From the NCBI GenBank assembly GCA_944376455.1, contig CALWCO010000003.1, positions 12,979-76,978 of the forward strand: 64,000 nucleotides of DNA, given 5' to 3'. Shown piece after piece: positions 18,164-27,501 of the stretch. The notes under the pieces were generated by a model. The model made no database searches and was not told where the DNA came from. It saw nothing but the letters and a program-made list of their open reading frames with translations. This stretch comes from an uncultured Clostridia bacterium (GTDB lineage: Bacteria > Bacillota > Clostridia > Christensenellales > Borkfalkiaceae). Position 1 is the first letter of the stretch, and every line of letters begins with the position of its first letter. Position numbers and translations under genes: made by a program.

Positions 18164-19420
18164 ATGAAAAAACACGACTCCGAAAAACGAAATACCGTCT
18201 GCGCCGTCATATGCGAATACAACCCTTTCCACAACGGGCATAAAAAGCAACTGGAAGAGATGCGCGAAAAGTCCGGATGCGACCTCTTGCTTTGTCTGAT
18301 GAGCGGCAATTTCGTACAGCGCGGGGAAGCGGCGATCCTCGACAAACACACACGCGCGATACACGCCGTCCGCGGCGGCGCGGACGGCGTTTTGGAGTTG
18401 CCGTTGCCCTTTTCGGTCGGCAACGCCGAAACGTTTGCCACGGGCGCGGTGAAACTGCTTTCCGCCATTCCTGCCGTCAAAAAACTCGCGTTCGGCTGCG
18501 AATGCGCCGCATCGATCGGCGACGCGGAAAGAGGCTGTACGGCAACAGAGAACATTCTCGCCGCGGCAAGGATATCCCTGGAAGAACCCCCTGCGTTTAA
18601 AAAAATTCTGCATGCGGGACTGGACGAAGGCCTGTCCTTTGCCAAAGCGCGCTTTCTTGCACTGAAATCGGTCATGCCCCAAGCCGATGAAGGGTTGTTT
18701 TCTTCGCCGAACAATATGCTTGCCGTCGAATATGCCAAGGCCGTCCTGCGCCTCGGCGCGCCCATCGAACTCTTGCCGCTGAAAAGGACGGGTGCCGACG
18801 ACGGCGACGAGAGACTGCACGAAAACTTTTCCTCCGCCTCGGCCATCCGAAAGGCCGTTTTACAGGGGGGCATGCCCGAAAAAACAGAGGCAAACGTTCC
18901 CCATTTCGTATGGAGGGATCTGCGCGGGCAAGCGGACGGCGGGAGCGCGGCACGGCTGGACAGCATGGAATATTACGCCCTCGCATCGTCCTCTGCCGAG
19001 AGACTTGCCGCCTGTCCCGACTGTACGGAAGGATTGGAAAACCGCCTGCTTTCCCTTGCAGAGGAACACGTCGCCGCCGCGGACATCGTGCAGGCGGCGA
19101 CGTCCAGGCGATACACCTCGGCGCGCATCCGACGCATCCTGCTCGCCCGCACGCTCGGCTTTTCCACACAAGACGTAAAGGAATTCTTGCAGGCTCCGCT
19201 TTATCTCAACGTGTTGGCCGTCGACGAAGAAAAATCGGACGCCTTTTTGCGCACGGTCGCCGAAAGCGGCCTTCCCCTTCTCACCCGCCGCAAGGACGCC
19301 GAAGATCTAACGGACGCGGCACGCGCGTGTTTTGCGCTCAACGAACGCGCCGACAGGATCTACCGCGCCGTCAGCCGAAAACAACCCGATCTTTACGGCA
19401 CGCGCTTCGTAAAAAAATAA
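18164..19420 (+). CDS. tmcAL: tRNA(Met) cytidine acetate ligase (UPF0348/YlbM family nucleotidyltransferase)
   Basis: 418-aa ORF; AVICEYNPFHNGHKKQLEEM HxGH-type motif and overall YlbM-like layout. Confidence 0.8.
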   Translation: MKKHDSEKRNTVCAVICEYNPFHNGHKKQLEEMREKSGCDLLLCLMSGNFVQRGEAAILDKHTRAIHAVRGGADGVLELPLPFSVGNAETFATGAVKLLSAIPAVKKLAFGCECAASIGDAERGCTATENILAAARISLEEPPAFKKILHAGLDEGLSFAKARFLALKSVMPQADEGLFSSPNNMLAVEYAKAVLRLGAPIELLPLKRTGADDGDERLHENFSSASAIRKAVLQGGMPEKTEANVPHFVWRDLRGQADGGSAARLDSMEYYALASSSAERLAACPDCTEGLENRLLSLAEEHVAAADIVQAATSRRYTSARIRRILLARTLGFSTQDVKEFLQAPLYLNVLAVDEEKSDAFLRTVAESGLPLLTRRKDAEDLTDAARACFALNERADRIYRAVSRKQPDLYGTRFVKK

Positions 19421-19500
19421 ATCGGAAACAACCGTCAAAATACCCTTCCCGAATATTTCCGCCCGACGCGAACGTTCGCCGTAAACCGTAAAAAAGAACC

Positions 19501-19543
19501 AGCTCCTGCCCGCCGCTCGAAGAACGGCGGGCAGGAGCTTTTA
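19501..19543 (+). terminator. rho-independent terminator of tmcAL
   Basis: 15-bp stem AGCTCCTGCCCGCCG/CGGCGGGCAGGAGCT followed by TTTT. Confidence 0.85.
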
Positions 19544-19631
19544 GCAAATTCATGAAATTATATTTGCACAAAAAAGACCATATACAGACCGATACATAAT
19601 CCCCGCGCAAACGGGAAATACTGCAAGGGAT

Positions 19632-20624
19632 ATGAAAGACGGCGAAAACGGACAAAACAAAGGGGAAACAACGGTAAAGAAACAACCTCTTTTCTTGAAA
19701 CGGTTTTTCGGGCGCATAAAGGCGCATAAGGCTACCTTCATCGTCTGGCTCTGCCTGCAAGCGGCGGTGCTTGCGGCACTTCTCTTTTCCCTCACGGGCG
19801 GACGGCCCGAAACGGCGGTATTCTGCGCATTGACATTGCTTTTGTCCCTTCTGCCCTTTTTCGTCGAAGAAGCCTTCCGCATCGAGATACCGGCAACGCT
19901 GGAAATTATTATCCTCCTATTCATTTTCTGTTCGGAAATGTTGGGCGAAGCGGCCTCTTTTTATGTGAACTTTCCCCTTTGGGACAGTCTTTTGCACCTT
20001 GTCAACGGGTTCCTGTGCGCGGCCGTCGGGTTCGCTTTGACCGACCTTCTCAACCGCCGCAGGCGCAAGTTTTCCCTTTCCCCCCTCTTTCTCACCGTTG
20101 TGGCGTTCTGTTTTTCCATGACCGTGGGGGTGCTGTGGGAATTTTTTGAATTTTTTATGGACAGCGTCTGCAAACTGGATATGCAGAAAGATTTTTTGAT
20201 CGACACCGTGCGGAGCGTTCTGCTGGACGAGAGCCGCCAGAACATCGTCATCTCCGTGGAGAACATCGCAAAGACCGTACTCTTTAACGAAGCGGGCGAT
20301 GTCCTCGCCGTCATCGACGGCGGTTTTCTCGACGTCGGCGTGATCGATACCATGAAGGACCTGATCCTCAACTTTTTCGGCGCGCTCGCGTTTTCCTTCA
20401 TCGGTTATTTCTATGTCCTGCATCGCGGCAAAGGCAAGTTTGCGCGGCAGTTTATTCCCACCGTGGAACGGGATAAACAGCCTGCAGACAACACTCCCGC
20501 CGACAAACCGTCGCCGACCGAAACAATCGGACAGACGAAAAAGTCTGAAAAAGTAAAGGAGCCAAAAGAAACAAAACAAACGAAACAGACGCATACGAAA
20601 CAAAAGCGGGCAAATGAACGATGA
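19632..20624 (+). CDS. polytopic membrane protein with Lys/Thr-rich C-terminal tail (possibly YjdF/DUF2238-like)
   Basis: 330-aa ORF with 5-6 hydrophobic segments and a WEFFEFFMD motif; family assignment is tentative, from memory only. Confidence 0.55.
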   Translation: MKDGENGQNKGETTVKKQPLFLKRFFGRIKAHKATFIVWLCLQAAVLAALLFSLTGGRPETAVFCALTLLLSLLPFFVEEAFRIEIPATLEIIILLFIFCSEMLGEAASFYVNFPLWDSLLHLVNGFLCAAVGFALTDLLNRRRRKFSLSPLFLTVVAFCFSMTVGVLWEFFEFFMDSVCKLDMQKDFLIDTVRSVLLDESRQNIVISVENIAKTVLFNEAGDVLAVIDGGFLDVGVIDTMKDLILNFFGALAFSFIGYFYVLHRGKGKFARQFIPTVERDKQPADNTPADKPSPTETIGQTKKSEKVKEPKETKQTKQTHTKQKRANER

Positions 20625-20670
20625 GGGCATAAAAAAATCATTTTTTATGCGATGATTTTTCTGTCATTTT

Positions 20671-20708
20671 GAAAAAACAATCGCGGCGGTCTTTTACGGA
20701 CCGCCGCG
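20671..20708 (-). terminator. rho-independent terminator of galE
   Basis: Stem CGCGGCGGTC/GACCGCCGCG followed on the minus strand by TTGTTTTTTC. Confidence 0.8.
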
Positions 20709-20742
20709 ACTCTTTCAACGACAAAAATAATTTTTACCGTTC

Positions 20743-21765
20743 TTATTTTGCATACCCGTTGGGGTTCATGCTCTGCCACTTCCACTGGGACGCACACATC
20801 TCCTCGATGCCGTATTTGGCCTCCCAACCCAATTCCTTCTTTGCCTTTTCGGCGGAGGCATAGCAGGTTGCAATGTCGCCGCTGCGGCGGGGCGCGATGT
20901 GATAGGGCAGTTTTTTGCCGCAAGCCTTTTCAAAGGCGTGGATCATGTCGAGTACGCTGTATCCTCTGCCCGTACCGAGATTGTAGATATACACACCGCT
21001 CTCTGTGATCTTATCGAGTGCGGCGACGTGTCCCGCCGCGAGGTCGACGACATGAATATAGTCCCGCACGCCCGTTCCGTCGGGCGTGGGATAGTCGTCA
21101 CCGAACACGCCGATCTCTTTGAGTTTTCCGCTCGCCACCTGCGCGACATAGGGCATGAGATTGTTGGGAACGCCGTTAGGATCCTCGCCGATGAGCCCGC
21201 TCTCGTGCGCGCCGACGGGATTGAAATAGCGCAAAAGCACGACCTGCCAATCCCGATCGGCCTGATAGATGTCCTGCAGAATGCGTTCCTGCATGAGTTT
21301 GGTCGAGCCGTAAGGATTGGTCGTCGAAAGGCGGCAATTCTCGTCGAGCGGCAAACGCTCGGGTTCCCCGTATACCGTTGCCGAAGAGCTGAAAATGATG
21401 CTCTTGACGTTATGCGCGTTCATGACTTCCAGAAGGTTGAGCGTGCCGCCGATGTTGTTCTGATAGTACCAAAGCGGTTTGCGGCAACTTTCGCCGACGG
21501 CCTTCAGCCCCGCAAAGTGAATGACGCTGTCGACGGCATTTTCGGAAAATACCCTCTCCAACGCGGCCTTGTCGCAAATGTCCGCTTCGTAAAATTTAAC
21601 GGGTTTACCCGTTATTTTCTCCACCCGCCGAAGGCTCTCGGGCGAGGAATTGCTCAGATTGTCGAGCACGACCACGCCGTACCCCGCGTTCTGCAACTCC
21701 ACAACGGTATGACTGCCGATGAAGCCCGCGCCGCCCGTAACGAGAATGGTTTTCTTTCGATCCAT
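20743..21765 (-). CDS. galE: UDP-glucose 4-epimerase
   Basis: Start set to ATG 21765 ([19 protein letters not shown]) behind AAGGAGAA; SDR motifs GGAGFIG, YGSTK. Confidence 0.93.
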   Translation of the reverse strand: MDRKKTILVTGGAGFIGSHTVVELQNAGYGVVVLDNLSNSSPESLRRVEKITGKPVKFYEADICDKAALERVFSENAVDSVIHFAGLKAVGESCRKPLWYYQNNIGGTLNLLEVMNAHNVKSIIFSSSATVYGEPERLPLDENCRLSTTNPYGSTKLMQERILQDIYQADRDWQVVLLRYFNPVGAHESGLIGEDPNGVPNNLMPYVAQVASGKLKEIGVFGDDYPTPDGTGVRDYIHVVDLAAGHVAALDKITESGVYIYNLGTGRGYSVLDMIHAFEKACGKKLPYHIAPRRSGDIATCYASAEKAKKELGWEAKYGIEEMCASQWKWQSMNPNGYAK

Positions 21766-21843
21766 AAAAAATTTTCTCCTTGATTTCCTTACCGAAAGTA
21801 TACCCCTTTCGGACGGTTTTGTCAAGGCGTCAAAAGATATTTT

Positions 21844-23595
21844 CTATTCCACCGTAACGCTCTTTGCGAGATTGCGCGGACGATCGGGATCGAGCCCGCG
21901 GCAGAGCGCCGCGTGATAGGCCAGAAGTTGCAGGGGCACCTGCGTCAGGAGGGGATAATATTTTTGCGGACAGGCGGGCAGCGCGAGGACATGATCGGCG
22001 GGAATATCGTCAAAGGGCGTCACCGCGATCACTTTCGCTCCGCGCGAACGGACCTCGCAGACGGAGGTCCTCATTTTTTCTTTCAATGCCTTGCCCGTCG
22101 CCACGGCGACGACGACGGCGTCGCCGTCCATCAGAGCGATGCTCCCATGCTTGAGCTCCCCCGCCGCATACCCCGCGCCGGGCAGGTAGGACACCTCGCG
22201 CAATTTCAGACTGCCTTCGAGCGCGGAGGCATAATCGGCGCCGCGGCCGATGAAGTATACCCCGCGCGCCCGCACGATTTCTGCCGCAAGCAGACGGATT
22301 TGTTCCTCCCCCTCCGACAGTTTTTTATGGATTGCGGGAAAACGCCGCAGATATGCCGCCTTTTCTCCCCGTAAAAAAGCGCATAGCGCATAGAAAAAGG
22401 CCAATTGCGCCGCATAGGTCTTGGTCGCCGCCACCCCCACTTCCACGCCCGCTTCGGTCAGAAAACAATGGTCGGAGAGCCGCGCGAGAGAAGAATAGCC
22501 CGCGTTGGTAAGAACCGCAAGCCGCGCGCCTTTCTGCTTTGCCAGCCGCGCGGCGGCAAGGGTATCCGCCGTTTCACCGCTCTGACTGACCGCCAAAACG
22601 AGCGCATGGCGGCCCAACAGAGGCTTTCGGCAACAAAATTCGCTGGCAAGCTCCGCGGCAACGGGAATGCGCAAAGTTTCTTCGAGCAGTCTTGCGCCCG
22701 TCAGCGCGCTGTGGTAGGCCGTGCCGCAACCGACGAGAAAAATGCGGGAAAACGCTTCGGCATACGGCACGCATCCGAACAGACGGCGCGCCTCGGCTTC
22801 GTCAAAGGCGCGCGCCGTACGCACCACCGCCGCGCCCTCTTGTGAAATTTCTTTGCGCATGAAATGTGCAAACCCCTTTTTCTCCGCAACACAGGATTTG
22901 AGATCGCTCGCCGTGAATTTACAGGGCAACGGCGCGAGCGAAAAGGAAAAGAGCTTGCAGTCCGCAGGGGTCAGACAGGCAATCTGCCCGTCGGAAAGCA
23001 CACAGATCTCCCGACAACCGCCGAGCGCGGGTATATCGCTTGCCGCCAGCATCCCGTCTTTCGCCCGGCCGAGAATGAGAGGGCTTTTTTGCCTTACGCA
23101 GACAATCGTTTCGGGAAAATCCGAACAGAGCACGCAAAGAGCGAAGGACCCGCGCAGTTGTTCCACCGTTTGCCGCACCGCGGACAAAAAATCGCCACGG
23201 TAAAAAGACGACAAAAGATGGGATACCGTTTCGCTGTCGGTATCCGAGGAAAAAGAATGCCCCATGTCCGTAAGTTCACGTTTTAAGACGGCATAATTTT
23301 CAATGATGCCGTTATGCACGACGGCAAATTTCCCGCAGACATGGGGGTGCGCATTTCTGTCCTCTGCCCCGCCATGGGTCGCCCAGCGCGTGTGCCCGAC
23401 GCCGCAGGTGCCCGAAAGGGCGCGCGCATCGGCAACGGCGGAAACCCTGCCCGCACGTTTTACATAGTCCAGACGCAACCCGTTCACGACGGCGATGCCC
23501 GCCGAGTCATACCCCCTGTATTCCAGACGGGTCAACCCGTCGTACAATATCCCCGCCGCCTGTCTTTTGCCCGTGTACGCAATGATTCCGCACAT
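21844..23595 (-). CDS. glmS: glutamine--fructose-6-phosphate aminotransferase (isomerising)
   Basis: MCGIIAYTG N-terminal nucleophile Cys, two SIS domains, C-terminal ..NLAKSVTVE. Confidence 0.95.
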   Translation of the reverse strand: MCGIIAYTGKRQAAGILYDGLTRLEYRGYDSAGIAVVNGLRLDYVKRAGRVSAVADARALSGTCGVGHTRWATHGGAEDRNAHPHVCGKFAVVHNGIIENYAVLKRELTDMGHSFSSDTDSETVSHLLSSFYRGDFLSAVRQTVEQLRGSFALCVLCSDFPETIVCVRQKSPLILGRAKDGMLAASDIPALGGCREICVLSDGQIACLTPADCKLFSFSLAPLPCKFTASDLKSCVAEKKGFAHFMRKEISQEGAAVVRTARAFDEAEARRLFGCVPYAEAFSRIFLVGCGTAYHSALTGARLLEETLRIPVAAELASEFCCRKPLLGRHALVLAVSQSGETADTLAAARLAKQKGARLAVLTNAGYSSLARLSDHCFLTEAGVEVGVAATKTYAAQLAFFYALCAFLRGEKAAYLRRFPAIHKKLSEGEEQIRLLAAEIVRARGVYFIGRGADYASALEGSLKLREVSYLPGAGYAAGELKHGSIALMDGDAVVVAVATGKALKEKMRTSVCEVRSRGAKVIAVTPFDDIPADHVLALPACPQKYYPLLTQVPLQLLAYHAALCRGLDPDRPRNLAKSVTVE

Positions 23596-23601
23596 ATGAT
23601 T

Positions 23602-24966
23602 TTACTCCTCCCCGCCTCGCATCGTTTCCGTCCGCGCCGCCGCCAGCACGCACTCTTTCAGTTCTCCTGCCGCGCGGCGGCAGTCCGACGCGTTTTCCCC
23701 TTCGCAGAAAATGCGTATGACGTTCTCCGTGCCGGACGCGCGCAAAATGACGCGCATGCCGTATCCCCGTTCGATCTCACGCAATTTTTCCTGTACCGAA
23801 GGCGCACAGGCTGCGTTTTTATCAAAGACGGGAACATTCAGAAGTACTTGCGGCAGAGGCGTGTAGCCGCGCAAAAGTTCGGAAAGACGCTTTTTTTCGC
23901 CGAGCATGATCTCCATGACCTTGACCGCCGTCAGAATGCCGTCGCCCGTGGTGGCATATTTGCCGTAAATGATATGCCCCGACGGCTCGCCGCCGAGGAC
24001 CGCGCCGCTTTTTTTCATCCGCTCGCGCACGTACATATCCCCCACTTTGGTGCGCTCGCAGACAATGCCGTGCGCCGCCAGTGCGCGTTCCAGACCGCTG
24101 TTGGTCATCACGGTGCCGATCACCCGATTGCCGTCCAGCTCCCCCGCCCGTTGCAGGTACAGCGCGCTCATGTACAGCACGGCGTCGCCGTCGACGACGT
24201 TGCCCTTTTCGTCAATGCAGATGCAGCGGTCGGCGTCGCCGTCAAAGGCAAAACCGATGTCCAATGCGTGCGTCCTGACGAACGCCGCGAGGATCTCGGG
24301 ACGGGTACTGCCGCAGGCGTTGTTGATGTTGAGTCCGTTCGGCGCGGCGTTGATGCAATATACCTGTGCGCCCAAAGCGCCGAAGACGCTTTTGGCGAGT
24401 GCGAACGCCGAACCGTTGGCACAGTCCAATCCGACTTTGACGCCGCGATAGGAAAAGCGGGAAAGCGAGATGAGATAGCCCGCATAGCGGTTGCGTCCCT
24501 CGGTATAATCCACCGTCCTGCCGATCGCCCCGCCCGTGACGAAGGCGGGCGGCGGCAGGGTGCGCAGATATTCCTCCGCAAGGGAGATCATCTCACCGCA
24601 AGGTTTTTCCCCTTTGCCGTCCAACAGTTTGATGCCGTTGTCGGCATAACCGTTGTGGCTGGCGGAGATCATCACGCCGCAGTCAAACCCCTCCGCGCGG
24701 ACGATGTAACTCACGGACGGGGTCGTGGTGACGTGCAACAGATAGGCGTCCGTCCCGCACGCCGTCAGCCCCGCCGCCAACGCATATTCGAACATATAGG
24801 AAGAACGGCGGGGGTCCTTCCCGATCACCGCGCGGCAGGTCTCGCCCGCGCCCGCGCGGCCGCGGCAGTATTCGCCGAGGAAACACCCGAGGCGAAAGGC
24901 GTGTTCCGCCGTGAGAAAGACGTTGGCTTCGCCGCGAAACCCGTCCGTACCGAAAAATGATCTCAT
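23602..24966 (-). CDS. glmM: phosphoglucosamine mutase
   Basis: Start set to ATG 24966 (MRSFFGTDGFRGEANV) behind GAAGGGAGGG; active-site GVMISASHNGYADNGIK, DGDADRC. Confidence 0.93.
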   Translation of the reverse strand: MRSFFGTDGFRGEANVFLTAEHAFRLGCFLGEYCRGRAGAGETCRAVIGKDPRRSSYMFEYALAAGLTACGTDAYLLHVTTTPSVSYIVRAEGFDCGVMISASHNGYADNGIKLLDGKGEKPCGEMISLAEEYLRTLPPPAFVTGGAIGRTVDYTEGRNRYAGYLISLSRFSYRGVKVGLDCANGSAFALAKSVFGALGAQVYCINAAPNGLNINNACGSTRPEILAAFVRTHALDIGFAFDGDADRCICIDEKGNVVDGDAVLYMSALYLQRAGELDGNRVIGTVMTNSGLERALAAHGIVCERTKVGDMYVRERMKKSGAVLGGEPSGHIIYGKYATTGDGILTAVKVMEIMLGEKKRLSELLRGYTPLPQVLLNVPVFDKNAACAPSVQEKLREIERGYGMRVILRASGTENVIRIFCEGENASDCRRAAGELKECVLAAARTETMRGGEE

Positions 24967-25040
24967 TCGCCCTCCCTTCGTCCGTGCGTTCCGCACGGCG
25001 TGCGGAAAGACACAGTTGAAAAAATAACGTTGTATTGTAT

Positions 25041-25083
25041 GCAACGAGGGCGGCGGAGCGTTCCGCTCCGCCGCCCTCGTTGC
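25041..25083. other. perfect 20-bp GC-rich hairpin in the glmU-like/glmM spacer
   Basis: GCAACGAGGGCGGCGGAGCG-TTC-CGCTCCGCCGCCCTCGTTGC; no adjacent U-tract on the coding (minus) strand. Confidence 0.8.
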
Positions 25084-25154
25084 CAACCGACGCGAAAAAA
25101 AGATACGCCGACGGCGCAATACCCGATTGCGAAGAGAAAAAGGCAGGGTGCGCA

Positions 25155-25937
25155 TCAAGGCTCTTTTTGCGGATAGTAAACGCGCCCGCGCCCGGGTTTG
25201 ACCGTTTCGCGGGTGCGGGCGATGCAAAAATCCTCTGCCCGCAGATCTTTCGTCAATGTGGAACCACAAGCGACATATGCCCCGTCCCCGAGCGTCAGCG
25301 GCGCAACCAGATTGCAGTTGCTGCCGATGAAACACCCGTTTCCGACAACGGTGCGATGCTTGCTCTTTCCGTCGTAATTGACGAATACGACGCCGCAACC
25401 GATGTTGCAGCGCTCGCCGACGGAGGCGTCGCCGAGATAGGCGAGGTGCGCCATCTTGCTCCCGTCGCCGAGCGAAGAATTCTTCATTTCCGTGAAGTCA
25501 CCCACGCGGCAGTTTTTCCCCACGCGGCTGCCTTTTCTCAAATAGGCATACGGTCCCACGCGGCTGCCCGCCCCGATGAAACAATCCCGTTCGATGTAGC
25601 ACCCATGCCCGATTTTAACGCCCGGTTCGATGGTGACTCCGTCCTCTATGTAAACGCTGTCAAGGTCCTCTATAAGCACCCCGCGCCGCAAAAAATCGAG
25701 CAAAATTTTCTGTTGCAGACGGCGACGGACAAAGGGATAATCAGTCAGACTTTTCAGCGAAATCCCCAACAGATTCTCCCCGTTTTCCCCGCGTTTTTCG
25801 TCCAGGTACAGCTTGGCGGCAGGATAGGCCCTTAGCACCCGCTCGGCGAGCGAAAAGCCGCAGAGCGGCAGGGCATAGCTCGGTTCGCCGCCGAACGTGA
25901 AGCGGCTCATCAGATAAATTTCCCTTCGTTCTTTCAT
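25155..25937 (-). CDS. GlmU-like left-handed beta-helix acetyltransferase lacking most of the N-terminal uridyltransferase domain
   Basis: Hexapeptide-repeat region matches the GlmU C-terminal domain (..MAHLAYLGDASVGERCNIGCGVVFVNYDGKSKHRTVVGNGCFIGSNCNLVAP..). Only about 80 aa precede it. Start ATG 25937 sits behind AAGGGGG. Confidence 0.7.
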   Translation of the reverse strand: MKERREIYLMSRFTFGGEPSYALPLCGFSLAERVLRAYPAAKLYLDEKRGENGENLLGISLKSLTDYPFVRRRLQQKILLDFLRRGVLIEDLDSVYIEDGVTIEPGVKIGHGCYIERDCFIGAGSRVGPYAYLRKGSRVGKNCRVGDFTEMKNSSLGDGSKMAHLAYLGDASVGERCNIGCGVVFVNYDGKSKHRTVVGNGCFIGSNCNLVAPLTLGDGAYVACGSTLTKDLRAEDFCIARTRETVKPGRGRVYYPQKEP

Positions 25938-26006
25938 CAAAGACCCCCTTATTCGGTTTTGTTGCATTCATTCGCCTGCCGCAAAACGCAGGCGCGCGAA
26001 ATATTT

Positions 26007-26711
26007 TCATTCGGGGAAAAAATCGTCGCGGCGCAATTTGCCGCGCAGGCGTTCCACGGCGCGCTTTTCGATGCGCGAAATATAGGAACGGGAAATTTTG
26101 AGCATTTTCGCCACCTCGCGCTGGGGCAAAGGCACGCCGCCTTTGAGCCCGTAACGCAGGCACAGCACGGTGTATTCCCGCTCGCTTAAATTGTCTTTGA
26201 GAATGCGGATGAACTTCTCCTGCACGAGCGAACGTTCGACCTTGTCGAACACCCCGTCCTCTTTTTCAAAGAGAAGATCCATCAAAGTCAGCTCGTTCCC
26301 CTCTTTATCCACGCCCACGGGATCGGAGAGCGAAAGGGTGTTTTTATGCTTTTTATTGGCGCGGATCAGCATGAGTATCTCGTTCTCGATGCAACGGGCG
26401 GTATAGCTTGCAAGCGCGGTACCATGCCCGGGCTCAAAGGTATTGATCGCCTTGATCAGACCGATGGAACCGACGGAGATGAGATCGTCCGTTTCCGCCG
26501 CGCCCGCGTATTTTTTGACGATATGCGCGACCAGGCGCATATTGTGCCGCACCAGAACGTCCTTCGCGCCCTTATCCCCCGCCCGCGCCAACCGCAGATA
26601 TTTTTCCTCTTCCTCTTTGCCGAGAGGCTTGGGAAAGGAATTGCGGCCCATGACCGCGCCCGTGAAAAATACGATTTTGGAAAACAACGTATAGAGAAAT
26701 TCTAAAAACAT
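26007..26711 (-). CDS. sigK: sporulation sigma factor K, pro-form, uninterrupted
   Basis: N-terminus ..FSKIVFFTGAVMGRNSFPKPLGKEEEEKYL..VRHNMRLVAHIVKKY parallels B. subtilis pro-sigma-K (..YVKNNAFPQPLSSSEEKKYL..IEHNLRLVAHIVKKF). Confidence 0.88.
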   Translation of the reverse strand: MFLEFLYTLFSKIVFFTGAVMGRNSFPKPLGKEEEEKYLRLARAGDKGAKDVLVRHNMRLVAHIVKKYAGAAETDDLISVGSIGLIKAINTFEPGHGTALASYTARCIENEILMLIRANKKHKNTLSLSDPVGVDKEGNELTLMDLLFEKEDGVFDKVERSLVQEKFIRILKDNLSEREYTVLCLRYGLKGGVPLPQREVAKMLKISRSYISRIEKRAVERLRGKLRRDDFFPE

Positions 26712-26736
26712 ACCTTCTTATCCCCCCGCGTTGTAT

Positions 26737-26764
26737 AAGGTATGAAACGGACGGTTTGTACTAT
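26737..26764 (-). promoter_or_regulatory. possible sigma-E-type promoter for sigK
   Basis: Minus strand reads ATA, a 17-nt spacer, then CATACCTT. The sigma-E consensus (ATA..CATACA-T) is recalled from B. subtilis. Confidence 0.35.
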
Positions 26765-26844
26765 GCCCGTCCGCGAAAAATTAAAATTTTTCGGTTAAAA
26801 AACAAAAAACAACGGGAAAAATCGTATGCTTTTTACTGAAAATA

Positions 26845-26853
26845 TGGTATAAT
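26845..26853 (+). promoter_or_regulatory. extended -10 element (TGgTATAAT) for rnpB
   Basis: TGGTATAAT ends 7 nt before the first nucleotide of the P1 helix; no good -35. Confidence 0.5.
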
Positions 26854-26860
26854 ACTCCCT

Positions 26861-27209
26861 GTTCAAGACGGTTATACGGTCGCGGGGCGCGGTTTCGCGT
26901 CATGAGGAAAGTCCGAGCATCACAGGGCAGGACGCCTGCTAACGGCAGGTGAAGGCGACTTCAAGGAAAGTGCAACAGAAATAAACCGCCGTGCTTTGCA
27001 CGGTAAGGATGGAAAGGCGAGGTAAGAGCTCACCGTCGGGACGGTAACGCCCCGAGCCATGTAAACCCCGTCCGATGCAAGATTGGGATATTCCCACACA
27101 GGGCTGCCCGTCCGGGAATATCCGTGAATATCGCTGGAGCCCGTCGGTGACGGCGGGCGTAGATAGATGACCGTACACGACAGAACTCGGCTTACAGACC
27201 GTCTTGAAC
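26861..27209 (+). ncRNA. rnpB: RNase P RNA (bacterial, type A-like)
   Basis: P1 pairing GTTCAAGACGGT (26861-26872) with ACCGTCTTGAAC (27198-27209); conserved blocks GAGGAAAGTCCG, GGAAAGTGCAACAGAAA, GGTAAGAGCTCACC, ACAGAACTCGGCTTACAG. Confidence 0.92.
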
Positions 27210-27240
27210 TTTTTTCGGAATTTATACTCCTTTCTCCCGC

Positions 27241-27276
27241 GCGGCGGGCGTTTCATGAAACGCCCGCCGCATTTTT
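27241..27276 (+). terminator. rho-independent terminator after rnpB
   Basis: Stem GCGGCGGGCGTTTC/GAAACGCCCGCCGC followed by ATTTTT. Confidence 0.8.
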
Positions 27277-27315
27277 CATTCCTCCGCGCATCGTTTCGCA
27301 TACCATCCCGCACAC

Positions 27316-27337
27316 CGTTCCGCGGAACGTTTTTTTA
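27316..27337 (+). terminator. second small terminator hairpin
   Basis: CGTTCCG/CGGAACG followed by TTTTTTT. Confidence 0.6.
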
Positions 27338-27501
27338 TGTTTGCCGCTCCTTCCCTGTTGTCTCGCCCCTTTTTGCCGCACCGACGATTTTTTTCGAAAA
27401 GGTGATTTTCCCCTTTTCCAGTCGCATATTTTTTCTCCCGAAGGAAAAAACTAACGGGAGACGAAACATCACTTTATCGTTTCGGGAGGAAACAAAACAC
27501 T

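Noticed and set aside
23596-23601. Expected glmS ribozyme upstream of glmS.
   Set aside because: glmS starts 6 nt after the glmM stop, so there is no room. I also saw no ribozyme-like conserved core upstream of the operon (25938-26006).
27243-27270. parS-like palindrome GTTTCATGAAAC in the hairpin after rnpB.
   Set aside because: It lacks the central CG of the 16-bp parS consensus (TGTTTCACGTGAAACA). It forms the loop-proximal part of an ordinary terminator stem.
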